A DNA stretch of 64,000 nt from the human T2T-CHM13v2.0 reference genome, Homo sapiens. Positions 40,001-52,665 of this stretch are shown here, piece by piece. The notes beneath the pieces are model-generated. The model was given only the letters and a program-made list of their open reading frames with translations, made no database searches and was not told the origin of the DNA. The translations under genes were made by a program, and so were the position numbers. The stretch's first letter is position 1. Every line of letters starts with the position of its first letter. Location of the stretch: the NCBI RefSeq assembly GCF_009914755.1, contig NC_060925.1, one strand, 5' to 3'.

Positions 40001-42311
40001 GAGGTCAATGGTAGAAAAGTAAATATCTTCGTATAAAGACTAGACAGAATGATTCTCAGAAACTCCTTTGTGGTGTGTGCATTCAACTCACAGAGTTTAA
40101 CCTTTCTGTTCATAGAGCAGTTAGGAAACACTCTGTTTGTAAAGTCTGCAAGTGGATATTCAGACCTCCTTGAGGCCTTCGTTGGAAACGGGATTTCTTC
40201 ATATTCTGCTAGACAGAAGAATTCTCAGTAACTTCCTTGTGTTGTGTGTATTCAACTCACAGAGTTGAACGATCCTTTACACAGAGCAGACTTGAAACAC
40301 TCTTTTTGTGGAATTTGCAAGTGGAGATTTCAGCCGCTTTGAGGTCAATGGTAGAATAGGAAATATCTTCCTATAGAAACTAGACAGAATGATTCTCAGA
40401 AACTCCTTTGTGATGTGTGCGTTCAACTCACAGAGTTTAACCTTTCTTTTCATAGAGCAGTTAGGAAACACTCTGTTTGTAAAGTCTGCAAGTGGATATT
40501 CAGACCTCTTTGAGGCCTTCGTTGGAAACGGGATTTCTTCATATTCTGCTAGACAGAAGAATTCTCAGTAACTTCCTTGTGTTGTGTGTATTCAACTCAC
40601 AGAGTTGAACGATCCTTTACACAGAGCAGACTTGAAACACTCTTTTTGTGGAATTTGCAAGTGGAGATTTCAGCCGCTTTTAGGTCAATAGTAGAAAAGG
40701 AAATATCTTCGTAGAAAAACTAGGCAGAATGATTCTCAGAAACTCCTTTGTGATGTGTGTGTTCAACTCACAGAGTTTAACCTTTCTTTTCATAGAGCAG
40801 TTAGTAAACACTCTGATTATAAAGTCTGCAAGTGGATATTCAGACCCCTTTGAGGCCTTCGTTGGAAACGGGATTTCTTCATATTATGCTAGACAGAAGA
40901 ATTCTCAGTAACTTCCTTGTGTTGTGTGTATTCAACTGACAGAGTTGAACTTTCATTTAGAGAGAGCAGATTTGAAACACTGTTTTTGTGGAATTTGCAA
41001 GTGGAGATTTCAAGCGCTTTGGGGCCAAGGGCAGAAAAGGAAATATCTTCGTATAAAAACTAGACAGAATCATTTTCAGAAACTGCTGCGTGATGTGTGC
41101 GTTCAACTCTCAGAGTTTAACTTTTCTTTTCATTCAGCGGTTTGGAAACACTCTGTTTGTAAAGTCTGCACGTGGATATTTTGACCACTTAGAGGCCTTC
41201 GTTGGAAACGGGTTTTTTTTCATGTAAGGCTAGACAGAAGAATTCCCAGTAACTTCCTTGTGTTGTGTGCATTCAACTCACAGAGTTGAACGTTCCCTTA
41301 GACAGAGCAGATTTGAAACACTCTATTTGTGCAATTTGCAAGTGTAGATTTCAAGCGCTTTAAGGTCAACGGCAGAAAAGGAAATATCTTCGTTTCAAAA
41401 CTAGACAGAATCATTCCCACAAACTGCGTTGTGATGGGTTCGTTCAACTCACAGAGTTTAACCTTTCTGTTCATAGAGCAGTTAGGAAACACTCTGTTTG
41501 TAAAGTCTGTAAGTGGATATTCTGACATCTTGTGGCCTTCGTTGGAAACGGGATTTCTTCATATTCTGCTAGACAGAAGAATTCTCAGTAACTTCCTTGA
41601 GTTGTGTGTTTTCAACTCACAGAGTTGAACGATCCTTTACACAGAGCAGACTTGAAACACTCTTTTTGTGGAATTTGCAAGTGGAGATTTCAGCCGCTTT
41701 GAGGTCAATGGTAGAAAAGGAAACTATCTTCATATAAAGACTAGACAGAATGATTCTCAGAAAATCTTTTGTGATGTGTGCGTTCAACTCACAGAGTTTA
41801 ACTTTTCTTCTCATAGAGCAGTTAGGAAACACTCTGTTTGTAAAGTCTGCAAGTGGATATTCAGACCTCTTTGAGGCCTTCGTTGGAAACGGGATTTCTT
41901 CATATTACGCTAGACAGAATAATTCTCAGTAACTTCCTTGTGTTGTGTGTATTCAACTCACAGAGTTGAAGGATCCTTTACAGAGAGCAGGCTTGAAACA
42001 CTCTTTTTGTGGAATTTGCAAGTGGAGATTTCAGCCGCTTTGAGGTCAATGGTAGAATAGGAAATATCTTCTGATAGAAACTAGACAGAATGATTCTCAT
42101 AAACTCCATTGTGATGTGTGCGTTCAACTCACAGAGTTTAACCTTTCTTTTCATAGAGCAGTTAGGAAACACTCTGTTTGTAAAGTCTGCAAGTGGATAT
42201 TCAGACCTCCTTGAGGCCTTCGTTGGAAACGGGATTTCTTCATATTCTGCTAGACAGAAGAATTCTCAGTAACTTCCTTGTGTTGTGTTTATTCAACTCA
42301 CAGAGTTGAAT

Positions 42312-45300
42312 GATCCTTTACACAGAGCAGACTTGAAACACTCTTTTTGTGGAATTTGCAAGTGGAGATTTCAGCCGCTTTGAGGTCAATGGTAGAAAAG
42401 TAAATATCTTCGTATAAAGACTAGACAGAATGATTCTCAGAAACTCCTTTGTGGTGTGTGCGTTCAACTCACAGAGTTTAACCTTTCTGTTCATAGAGCA
42501 GTTAGGAAACACTCTGTTTGTAAAGTCTGCAAGTGGATATTCAGACCTCCTTGAGGCCTTCGTTGGAAACGGGATTTCTTCATATTCTGCTAGACAGAAG
42601 AATTCTCAGTAACTTCCTTGTGTTGTCTGTATTCAACTCACAGAGTTGAACGATCCTTTACACAGAGCAGACTTGAAACACTCTTTTTGTGGAATTTGCA
42701 AGTGGAGATTTCAGCCGCTTTGAGGTCAATGGTAGAATAGGAATTATCTTCCTATAGAAACTAGACAGAATGATTCTCAGAAACTCCTTTGTGATGTGTG
42801 CGTTCAACTAACAGAGTTTAACCTTTCTTTTCATAGAGCAGTTAGGAAACACTCTGTTTGTAAAGTCTGCAAGTGGATATTCAGACCTCTTTGAGGCCTT
42901 CGTTGGAAACGGGATTTCTTCATATTCTGCTAGACAGAAGAATTCTCAGTAACTTCCTTGTGTTGTGTGTATTCAACTCACAGAGTTGAACGATCCTTTA
43001 CACAGAGCAGACTTGAAACACTCTTTTTGTGGAATTTGCAAGTGGAGATTTCAGCCGCTTTGAGGTCAATAGTAGAAAAGGAAATATCTTCGTAGAAAAA
43101 CTAGGCAGAATGATTCTCAGAAACTCCTTTGGGATGTGTGTGTTCAACTCACAGAGTTTAACCTTTCTTTTCATAGAGCAGTTAGTAAACGCTCTGTTTA
43201 TAAAGTCTGCAAGTGGATATTCAGACCCCTTTGAGGCCTTCGTTGGAAACGGGATTTCTTCATATTATGCTAGACAGAAGAATTCTCAGTAACTTCCTTG
43301 TGTTGTGTGTATTCAACTGACAGAGTTGAACTTTCATTTAGAGAGAGCAGATTTGAAACACTGTTTTTGTGGAATTTGCAAGTGGAGATTTCAAGCGCTT
43401 TGGGGCCAAGGGCAGAAAAGGAAATATCTTCGTATAAAAACTAGACGGAATCATTCTCAGAAACTGCTGCGTGATGTGTGCGTTCAACTCTCAGAGTTTA
43501 ACTTTTCTTTTCATTCAGCGGTTTGGAAACACTCTGTTTGTAAAGTCTGCACGTGGATATTTTGACCACTTAGAGGCCTTCGTTGGAAACGGGTTTTTTT
43601 TCATGTAAGGCTAGACAGAAGAATTCCCAGTAACTTACTTGTGTTGTGTGCATTCAACTCACAGAGTTGAACGTTCCCTTAGACAGAGCAGATTTGAAAC
43701 ACTCTATTTGTGCAATTTGCAAGTGTAGATTTCAAGCGCTTTAAGGTCAACGGCAGAAAAGGAAATATCTTCGTTTCAAAACTAGACAGAATCATTCCCA
43801 CAAACTGCGTTGTGATGTGTTCGTTCAACTCACAGAGTTTAACCTTTCTGTTCATAGAGCAGTTAGGAAACACTCTGTTTGTAAAGTCTGTAAGTGGATA
43901 TTCTGACATCTTGTGGCCTTCGTTGGAAACGGGATTTCTTCATATTCTGCTAGACAGAAGAATTCTCAGTAACTTCCTTGTGTTGTGTGTATTCAACTCA
44001 CAGAGTTGAACGATCCTTTACACAGAGCAGACTTGAAACACTCTTTTTGTGGAATTTGCAAGTGGAGATTTCAGCCGCTTTGAGGTCAATGGTAGAAAAG
44101 GAAACTATCTTCATATAAAGACTAGACAGAATGATTCTCAGAAAATCTTTTGTGATGTGTGCGTTCAACTCACAGAGTTTAACTTTTCTTCTCATAGAGC
44201 AGTTAGGAAACACTCTGTTTGTAAAGTCTGCAAGTGGATATTCAGACCTCTTTGAGGCCTTCGTTGGAAACGGGATTTCTTCATATTATGCTAGACAGAA
44301 TAATTCTCAGTAACTTCCTTGTGTTGTGTGTATTCAACTCACCGAGTTGAAGGATCCTTTACAGAGAGCAGGCTTGAAACACTCTTTTTGTCGAATTTGC
44401 AAGTGGAGATTTCAGCCGCTTTGAGGTCAATGGTAGAATAGGAAATATCTTCATATAAAGACTAGACAGAATGATTCTCAGAAAATCTTTTGTGATGTGT
44501 GCGTTCAACTCACAGAGTTTAACTTTTCTTCTCATAGAGCAGTTAGGAAACACTCTGTTTGTAAAGTCTGCATGTGGATATTCAGACCTCTTTGAGGCCT
44601 TCGTTGGAAACGGGATTTCTACATATTATGCTAGACAGAATAATTCTCAGTAACTTCCTTGTGTTGTGTGTATTCAACTCACAGAGTTGAAGGATCCTTT
44701 ACAGAGAGCAGGCTTGAAACACTCTTTTTGTCGAATTTGCAAGTGGAGATTTCAGCCCCTTTGAGGTCAATGGTAGAATAGGAAATATCTTCTTTTAGAA
44801 ACTAGACAGAATGATTCTCATAAACTCCTTTGTGATGTGTGCGTTCAACTCACAGAGTTTAACCTTTCTTTTCATAGAGCAGTTAGGAAACACTCCGTTT
44901 GTAAGGTCTGCAAGTGGATATTCAGACCTCCTTGAGGCCTTCGTTGGAAACGGGATTTCTTCATATTCTGCTAGACAGAAGAATTCTCAGTAACTTCCTT
45001 GTGTTGTGTTTATTCAACTCACAGAGTTGAATGATCCTTTACACAGAGCAGACTTGAAACACTTTTTTTGTGGAATTTGCAAGTGGAGATTTCAGCCGCT
45101 TTGAGGTCAATGGTAGAAAAGTAAATATCTTCGTATAAAGACTAGACAGAATGATTCTCAGAAACTCCTTTGTGGTGTGTGCGTTCAACTCACAGAGTTT
45201 AACCTTTCTGTTGATAGAGCAGTTAGGAAACACTCTGTTTGTAAAGTCTGCAAGTGGATATTCAGACCTCCTTGAGGCCTTCGTTGGAAACGGGATTTCT

Positions 45301-48300
45301 TCATATTCTGCTAGACAGAAGAATTCTCAGTAACTTCCTTGTGTTGTGTGTATTCAACTCACAGAGTTGAACGATCCTTTACACAGAGCAGACTTGAAAC
45401 ACTCTTTTTGTGGAATTTGCAAGTGGAGATTTCAGCCGCTTTGAGGTCAATGGTAGAATAGGAAATATCTTCCTATAGAAACTAGACAGAATGATTCTCA
45501 GAAACTCCTTTGTGATGTGTGCGTTGAACTCACAGAGTTTAATCTGTCTTTTCATAGAGCAGTTAGGAAACACTCTGTTTGTAAAGTCTGCAAGTGGATA
45601 TTCAGACCTCTTTGAGGCCTTCGTTGGAAACGGGATTTCTTCATATTCTGCTAGACAGAAGAATTCTCAGTAACTTCCTTGTGTTGTGTGTATTCAACTC
45701 ACAGAGTTGAACGATCCTTTACACAGAGCAGACTTGAAACACTCTTTTTGTGGAATTTGCAAGTGGAGATTTCAGCCGCTTTGAGGTCAATAGTAGAAAA
45801 GGAAATATCTTCGTAGAAAAACTAGGCAGAATGATTCTCAGAAACTCCTTTGTGATGTGTGTGTTCAACTCACAGAGTTTAACCTTTCTTTTCATAGAGC
45901 AGTTAGTAAACACTCTGTTTATAAAGTCTGCAAGTGGATATTCAGACCCCTTTGAGGCCTTCGTTGGAAACGGGATTTCTTCATATTATGCTAGACAGAA
46001 GAATTCTCAGTAACTTCCTTGTGTTGTGTGTATTCAACTGACAGAGTTGAACTTTCATTTAGAGAGAGCAGATTTGAAACACTGTTTTTGTGGAATTTGC
46101 AAGTGGAGATTTCAAGCGCTTTGGGGCCAAGGGCAGAAAAGGAAATATCTTCGTATAAAAACTAGACAGAATCATTCTCAGAAACTGCTGCATGATGTGT
46201 GCGTTCAACTCTCAGAGTTTAACTTTTCTTTTCATTCAGCGGTTTGGAAACACTCTGTTTGTAAAGTCTGCACGTGGATATTTTGACCACTTAGAGGCCT
46301 TCGTTCGAAATGGGTTTTTTTTCATGTAAGGCTAGACAGAAGAATTCCCAGTAACTTCCTTGTGTTGTGTGCATTCAACTCACAGAGTTGAACGTTCCCT
46401 TAGACAGAGCAGATTTGAAACACTCTATTTGTGCAATTTGCAAGTGTAGATTTCAAGCGCTTTAAGGTCAACGGCAGAAAAGGAAATATCTTCGTTTCAA
46501 AACTAGACAGAATCATTCCCACAAACTGCGTTGTGATGTGTTCGTTCAACTCACAGAGTTTAACCTTTCTGTTCATAGAGCAGTCAGGAAACACTCTGTT
46601 TGTAAAGTCTGTAAGTGGATATTGTGACATCTTGTGGCCTTCGTTGGAAACGGGATTTCTTCATATTCTGCTAGACAGAAGAATTCTCAGTAACTTCCTT
46701 GTGTTGTGTGTATTCAACTCACAGAGTTGAACGATCCTTTACACAGAGCAGACTTGAAACACTCTTTTTGTGGAATTTGCAAGTGGAGATTTCAGCCGCT
46801 TTGAGGTCAATGGTAGAAAAGGAAACTATCTTCATATAAAGACTAGACAGAATGATTCTCAGAAAATCTTTTGTGATGTGTGCGTTCAACTCACAGAGTT
46901 TAACTTTTCTTCTCATAGAGCAGTTAGGAAACACTCTGTTTGTAAAGTCTGCAAGTGGATATTCAGACCTCTTTGAGGCCTTCGTTGGAAACGGGATTTC
47001 TTCATATTATGCTAGACAGAATAATTCTCAGTAACTTCCTTGTGTTGTGTGTATTCAACTCACCGAGTTGAAGGATCCTTTACAGAGAGCAGGCTTGAAA
47101 CACTCTTTTTGTCGAATTTGCAAGTGGAGATTTCAGCCGCTTTGAGGTCAATGGTAGAATAGGAAATATCTTCTTATAGAAACTAGACAGAATGATTCTC
47201 ATAAACTCCTTTGTGATGTGTGCGTTCAACTCACAGAGTTTAACCTTTCTTTTCATAGAGCAGTTAGGAAACACTCTGTTTGTAAAGTCTGCAAGTGGAT
47301 ATTCAGACCTCCTTGAGGCCTTCGTTGGATACGGGATTTCTTCATATTCTGCTAGACAGAAGAATTCTCAGTAACTTCCCTGTGTTGTGTTTATTCAACT
47401 CACAGAGTTGAACGATCCTTTACACAGAGCAGACTTGAAACACTCTTTTTGTGGAATTTGCAAGTGGAGATTTCAGCCGCTTTGAGGTCAATGGTAGAAA
47501 AGTAAATATCTTCGTATAAAGACTAGACAGAATGATTCTCAGAAACTCCTTTGTGGTGTGTGCGTTCAACTCACAGAGTTTAACCTTTCTGTTCATAGAG
47601 CAGTTAGGAAACACTCTGTTTGTAAAGTCTGCAAGTGGATATTCAGACCTCCTTGAGGCCTTCGTTGGAAACGGGATTTCTTCATATTCTGCTAGACAGA
47701 AGAATTCTCAGTAACTTCCTTGTGTTGTCTGTATTCAACTCACAGAGTTGAACGATCCTTTACACAGAGCAGACTTGAAACACTCTTTTTGTGGAATTTG
47801 CAAGTGGAGATTTCAGCCGCTTTGAGGTCAATGGTAGAATAGGAATTATCTTCCTATAGAAACTAGACAGAATGATTCTCAGAAACTCCTTTGTGATGTG
47901 TGCGTTCAACTAACAGAGTTTAACCTTTCTTTTCATAGAGCAGTTAGGAAACACTCTGTTTGTAAAGTCTGCAAGTGGATATTCAGACCTCTTTGAGGCC
48001 TTCGTTGGAAACGGGATTTCTTCATATTCTGCTAGACAGAAGAATTCTCAGTAACTTCCTTGTGTTGTGTGTATTCAACTCACAGAGTTGAACGATCCTT
48101 TACACAGAGCAGACTTGAAACACTCTTTTTGTGGAATTTGCAAGTGGAGATTTCAGCCGCTTTGAGGTCAATAGTAGAAAAGGAAATATCTTCGTAGAAA
48201 AACTAGGCAGAATGATTCTCAGAAACTCCTTTGGGATGTGTGTGTTCAACTCACAGAGTTTAACCTTTCTTTTCATAGAGCAGTTAGTAAACGCTCTGTT

Positions 48301-51300
48301 TATAAAGTCTGCAAGTGGATATTCAGACCCCTTTGAGGCCTTCGTTGGAAACGGGATTTCTTCATATTATGCTAGACAGAAGAATTCTCAGTAACTTCCT
48401 TGTGTTGTGTGTATTCAACTGACAGAGTTGAACTTTCATTTAGAGAGAGCAGATTTGAAACACTGTTTTTGTGGAATTTGCAAGTGGAGATTTCAAGCGC
48501 TTTGGGGCCAAGGGCAGAAAAGGAAATATCTTCGTATAAAAACTAGACGGAATCATTCTCAGAAACTGCTGCGTGATGTGTGCGTTCAACTCTCAGAGTT
48601 TAACTTTTCTTTTCATTCAGCGGTTTGGAAACACTCTGTTTGTAAAGTCTGCACGTGGATATTTTGACCACTTAGAGGCCTTCGTTGGAAACGGGTTTTT
48701 TTTCATGTAAGGCTAGACAGAAGAATTCCCAGTAACTTACTTGTGTTGTGTGCATTCAACTCACAGAGTTGAACGTTCCCTTAGACAGAGCAGATTTGAA
48801 ACACTCTATTTGTGCAATTTGCAAGTGTAGATTTCAAGCGCTTTAAGGTCAACGGCAGAAAAGGAAATATCTTCGTTTCAAAACTAGACAGAATCATTCC
48901 CACAAACTGCGTTGTGATGTGTTCGTTCAACTCACAGAGTTTAACCTTTCTGTTCATAGAGCAGTTAGGAAACACTCTGTTTGTAAAGTCTGTAAGTGGA
49001 TATTCTGACATCTTGTGGCCTTCGTTGGAAACGGGATTTCTTCATATTCTGCTAGACAGAAGAATTCTCAGTAACTTCCTTGTGTTGTGTGTATTCAACT
49101 CACAGAGTTGAACGATCCTTTACACAGAGCAGACTTGAAACACTCTTTTTGTGGAATTTGCAAGTGGAGATTTCAGCCGCTTTGAGGTCAATGGTAGAAA
49201 AGGAAACTATCTTCATATAAAGACTAGACAGAATGATTCTCAGAAAATCTTTTGTGATGTGTGCGTTCAACTCACAGAGTTTAACTTTTCTTCTCATAGA
49301 GCAGTTAGGAAACACTCTGTTTGTAAAGTCTGCAAGTGGATATTCAGACCTCTTTGAGGCCTTCGTTGGAAACGGGATTTCTTCATATTATGCTAGACAG
49401 AATAATTCTCAGTAACTTCCTTGTGTTGTGTGTATTCAACTCACCGAGTTGAAGGATCCTTTACAGAGAGCAGGCTTGAAACACTCTTTTTGTCGAATTT
49501 GCAAGTGGAGATTTCAGCCGCTTTGAGGTCAATGGTAGAATAGGAAATATCTTCATATAAAGACTAGACAGAATGATTCTCAGAAAATCTTTTGTGATGT
49601 GTGCGTTCAACTCACAGAGTTTAACTTTTCTTCTCATAGAGCAGTTAGGAAACACTCTGTTTGTAAAGTCTGCATGTGGATATTCAGACCTCTTTGAGGC
49701 CTTCGTTGGAAACGGGATTTCTACATATTATGCTAGACAGAATAATTCTCAGTAACTTCCTTGTGTTGTGTGTATTCAACTCACAGAGTTGAAGGATCCT
49801 TTACAGAGAGCAGGCTTGAAACACTCTTTTTGTCGAATTTGCAAGTGGAGATTTCAGCCCCTTTGAGGTCAATGGTAGAATAGGAAATATCTTCTTTTAG
49901 AAACTAGACAGAATGATTCTCATAAACTCCTTTGTGATGTGTGCGTTCAACTCACAGAGTTTAACCTTTCTTTTCATAGAGCAGTTAGGAAACACTCCGT
50001 TTGTAAGGTCTGCAAGTGGATATTCAGACCTCCTTGAGGCCTTCGTTGGAAACGGGATTTCTTCATATTCTGCTAGACAGAAGAATTCTCAGTAACTTCC
50101 TTGTGTTGTGTTTATTCAACTCACAGAGTTGAATGATCCTTTACACAGAGCAGACTTGAAACACTTTTTTTGTGGAATTTGCAAGTGGAGATTTCAGCCG
50201 CTTTGAGGTCAATGGTAGAAAAGTAAATATCTTCGTATAAAGACTAGACAGAATGATTCTCAGAAACTCCTTTGTGGTGTGTGCGTTCAACTCACAGAGT
50301 TTAACCTTTCTGTTGATAGAGCAGTTAGGAAACACTCTGTTTGTAAAGTCTGCAAGTGGATATTCAGACCTCCTTGAGGCCTTCGTTGGAAACGGGATTT
50401 CTTCATATTCTGCTAGACAGAAGAATTCTCAGTAACTTCCTTGTGTTGTGTGTATTCAACTCACAGAGTTGAACGATCCTTTACACAGAGCAGACTTGAA
50501 ACACTCTTTTTGTGGAATTTGCAAGTGGAGATTTCAGCCGCTTTGAGGTCAATGGTAGAATAGGAAATATCTTCCTATAGAAACTAGACAGAATGATTCT
50601 CAGAAACTCCTTTGTGATGTGTGCGTTGAACTCACAGAGTTTAATCTGTCTTTTCATAGAGCAGTTAGGAAACACTCTGTTTGTAAAGTCTGCAAGTGGA
50701 TATTCAGACCTCTTTGAGGCCTTCGTTGGAAACGGGATTTCTTCATATTCTGCTAGACAGAAGAATTCTCAGTAACTTCCTTGTGTTGTGTGTATTCAAC
50801 TCACAGAGTTGAACGATCCTTTACACAGAGCAGACTTGAAACACTCTTTTTGTGGAATTTGCAAGTGGAGATTTCAGCCGCTTTGAGGTCAATAGTAGAA
50901 AAGGAAATATCTTCGTAGAAAAACTAGGCAGAATGATTCTCAGAAACTCCTTTGTGATGTGTGTGTTCAACTCACAGAGTTTAACCTTTCTTTTCATAGA
51001 GCAGTTAGTAAACACTCTGTTTATAAAGTCTGCAAGTGGATATTCAGACCCCTTTGAGGCCTTCGTTGGAAACGGGATTTCTTCATATTATGCTAGACAG
51101 AAGAATTCTCAGTAACTTCCTTGTGTTGTGTGTATTCAACTGACAGAGTTGAACTTTCATTTAGAGAGAGCAGATTTGAAACACTGTTTTTGTGGAATTT
51201 GCAAGTGGAGATTTCAAGCGCTTTGGGGCCAAGGGCAGAAAAGGAAATATCTTCGTATAAAAACTAGACAGAATCATTCTCAGAAACTGCTGCATGATGT

Positions 51301-52665
51301 GTGCGTTCAACTCTCAGAGTTTAACTTTTCTTTTCATTCAGCGGTTTGGAAACACTCTGTTTGTAAAGTCTGCACGTGGATATTTTGACCACTTAGAGGC
51401 CTTCGTTCGAAATGGGTTTTTTTTCATGTAAGGCTAGACAGAAGAATTCCCAGTAACTTCCTTGTGTTGTGTGCATTCAACTCACAGAGTTGAACGTTCC
51501 CTTAGACAGAGCAGATTTGAAACACTCTATTTGTGCAATTTGCAAGTGTAGATTTCAAGCGCTTTAAGGTCAACGGCAGAAAAGGAAATATCTTCGTTTC
51601 AAAACTAGACAGAATCATTCCCACAAACTGCGTTGTGATGTGTTCGTTCAACTCACAGAGTTTAACCTTTCTGTTCATAGAGCAGTCAGGAAACACTCTG
51701 TTTGTAAAGTCTGTAAGTGGATATTGTGACATCTTGTGGCCTTCGTTGGAAACGGGATTTCTTCATATTCTGCTAGACAGAAGAATTCTCAGTAACTTCC
51801 TTGTGTTGTGTGTATTCAACTCACAGAGTTGAACGATCCTTTACACAGAGCAGACTTGAAACACTCTTTTTGTGGAATTTGCAAGTGGAGATTTCAGCCG
51901 CTTTGAGGTCAATGGTAGAAAAGGAAACTATCTTCATATAAAGACTAGACAGAATGATTCTCAGAAAATCTTTTGTGATGTGTGCGTTCAACTCACAGAG
52001 TTTAACTTTTCTTCTCATAGAGCAGTTAGGAAACACTCTGTTTGTAAAGTCTGCAAGTGGATATTCAGACCTCTTTGAGGCCTTCGTTGGAAACGGGATT
52101 TCTTCATATTATGCTAGACAGAATAATTCTCAGTAACTTCCTTGTGTTGTGTGTATTCAACTCACCGAGTTGAAGGATCCTTTACAGAGAGCAGGCTTGA
52201 AACACTCTTTTTGTCGAATTTGCAAGTGGAGATTTCAGCCGCTTTGAGGTCAATGGTAGAATAGGAAATATCTTCTTATAGAAACTAGACAGAATGATTC
52301 TCATAAACTCCTTTGTGATGTGTGCGTTCAACTCACAGAGTTTAACCTTTCTTTTCATAGAGCAGTTAGGAAACACTCTGTTTGTAAAGTCTGCAAGTGG
52401 ATATTCAGACCTCCTTGAGGCCTTCGTTGGATACGGGATTTCTTCATATTCTGCTAGACAGAAGAATTCTCAGTAACTTCCCTGTGTTGTGTTTATTCAA
52501 CTCACAGAGTTGAACGATCCTTTACACAGAGCAGACTTGAAACACTCTTTTTGTGGAATTTGCAAGTGGAGATTTCAGCCGCTTTGAGGTCAATGGTAGA
52601 AAAGTAAATATCTTCGTATAAAGACTAGACAGAATGATTCTCAGAAACTCCTTTGTGGTGTGTGC
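42312..52665 (+). repeat. Near-exact tandem duplication, period 5102 bp (30 monomers; 16-mer + 14-mer)
   Basis: Paired at +5102: GTTGTCTGT 42627/47729, GAATTATC 42741/47843 and TTCGAAATGGG 46311/51413. ORF starts 43305/48407 and 46026/51128 have identical translations. Flanking mismatches are at 42311/47413 and 47564/52666. Confidence 0.93.
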
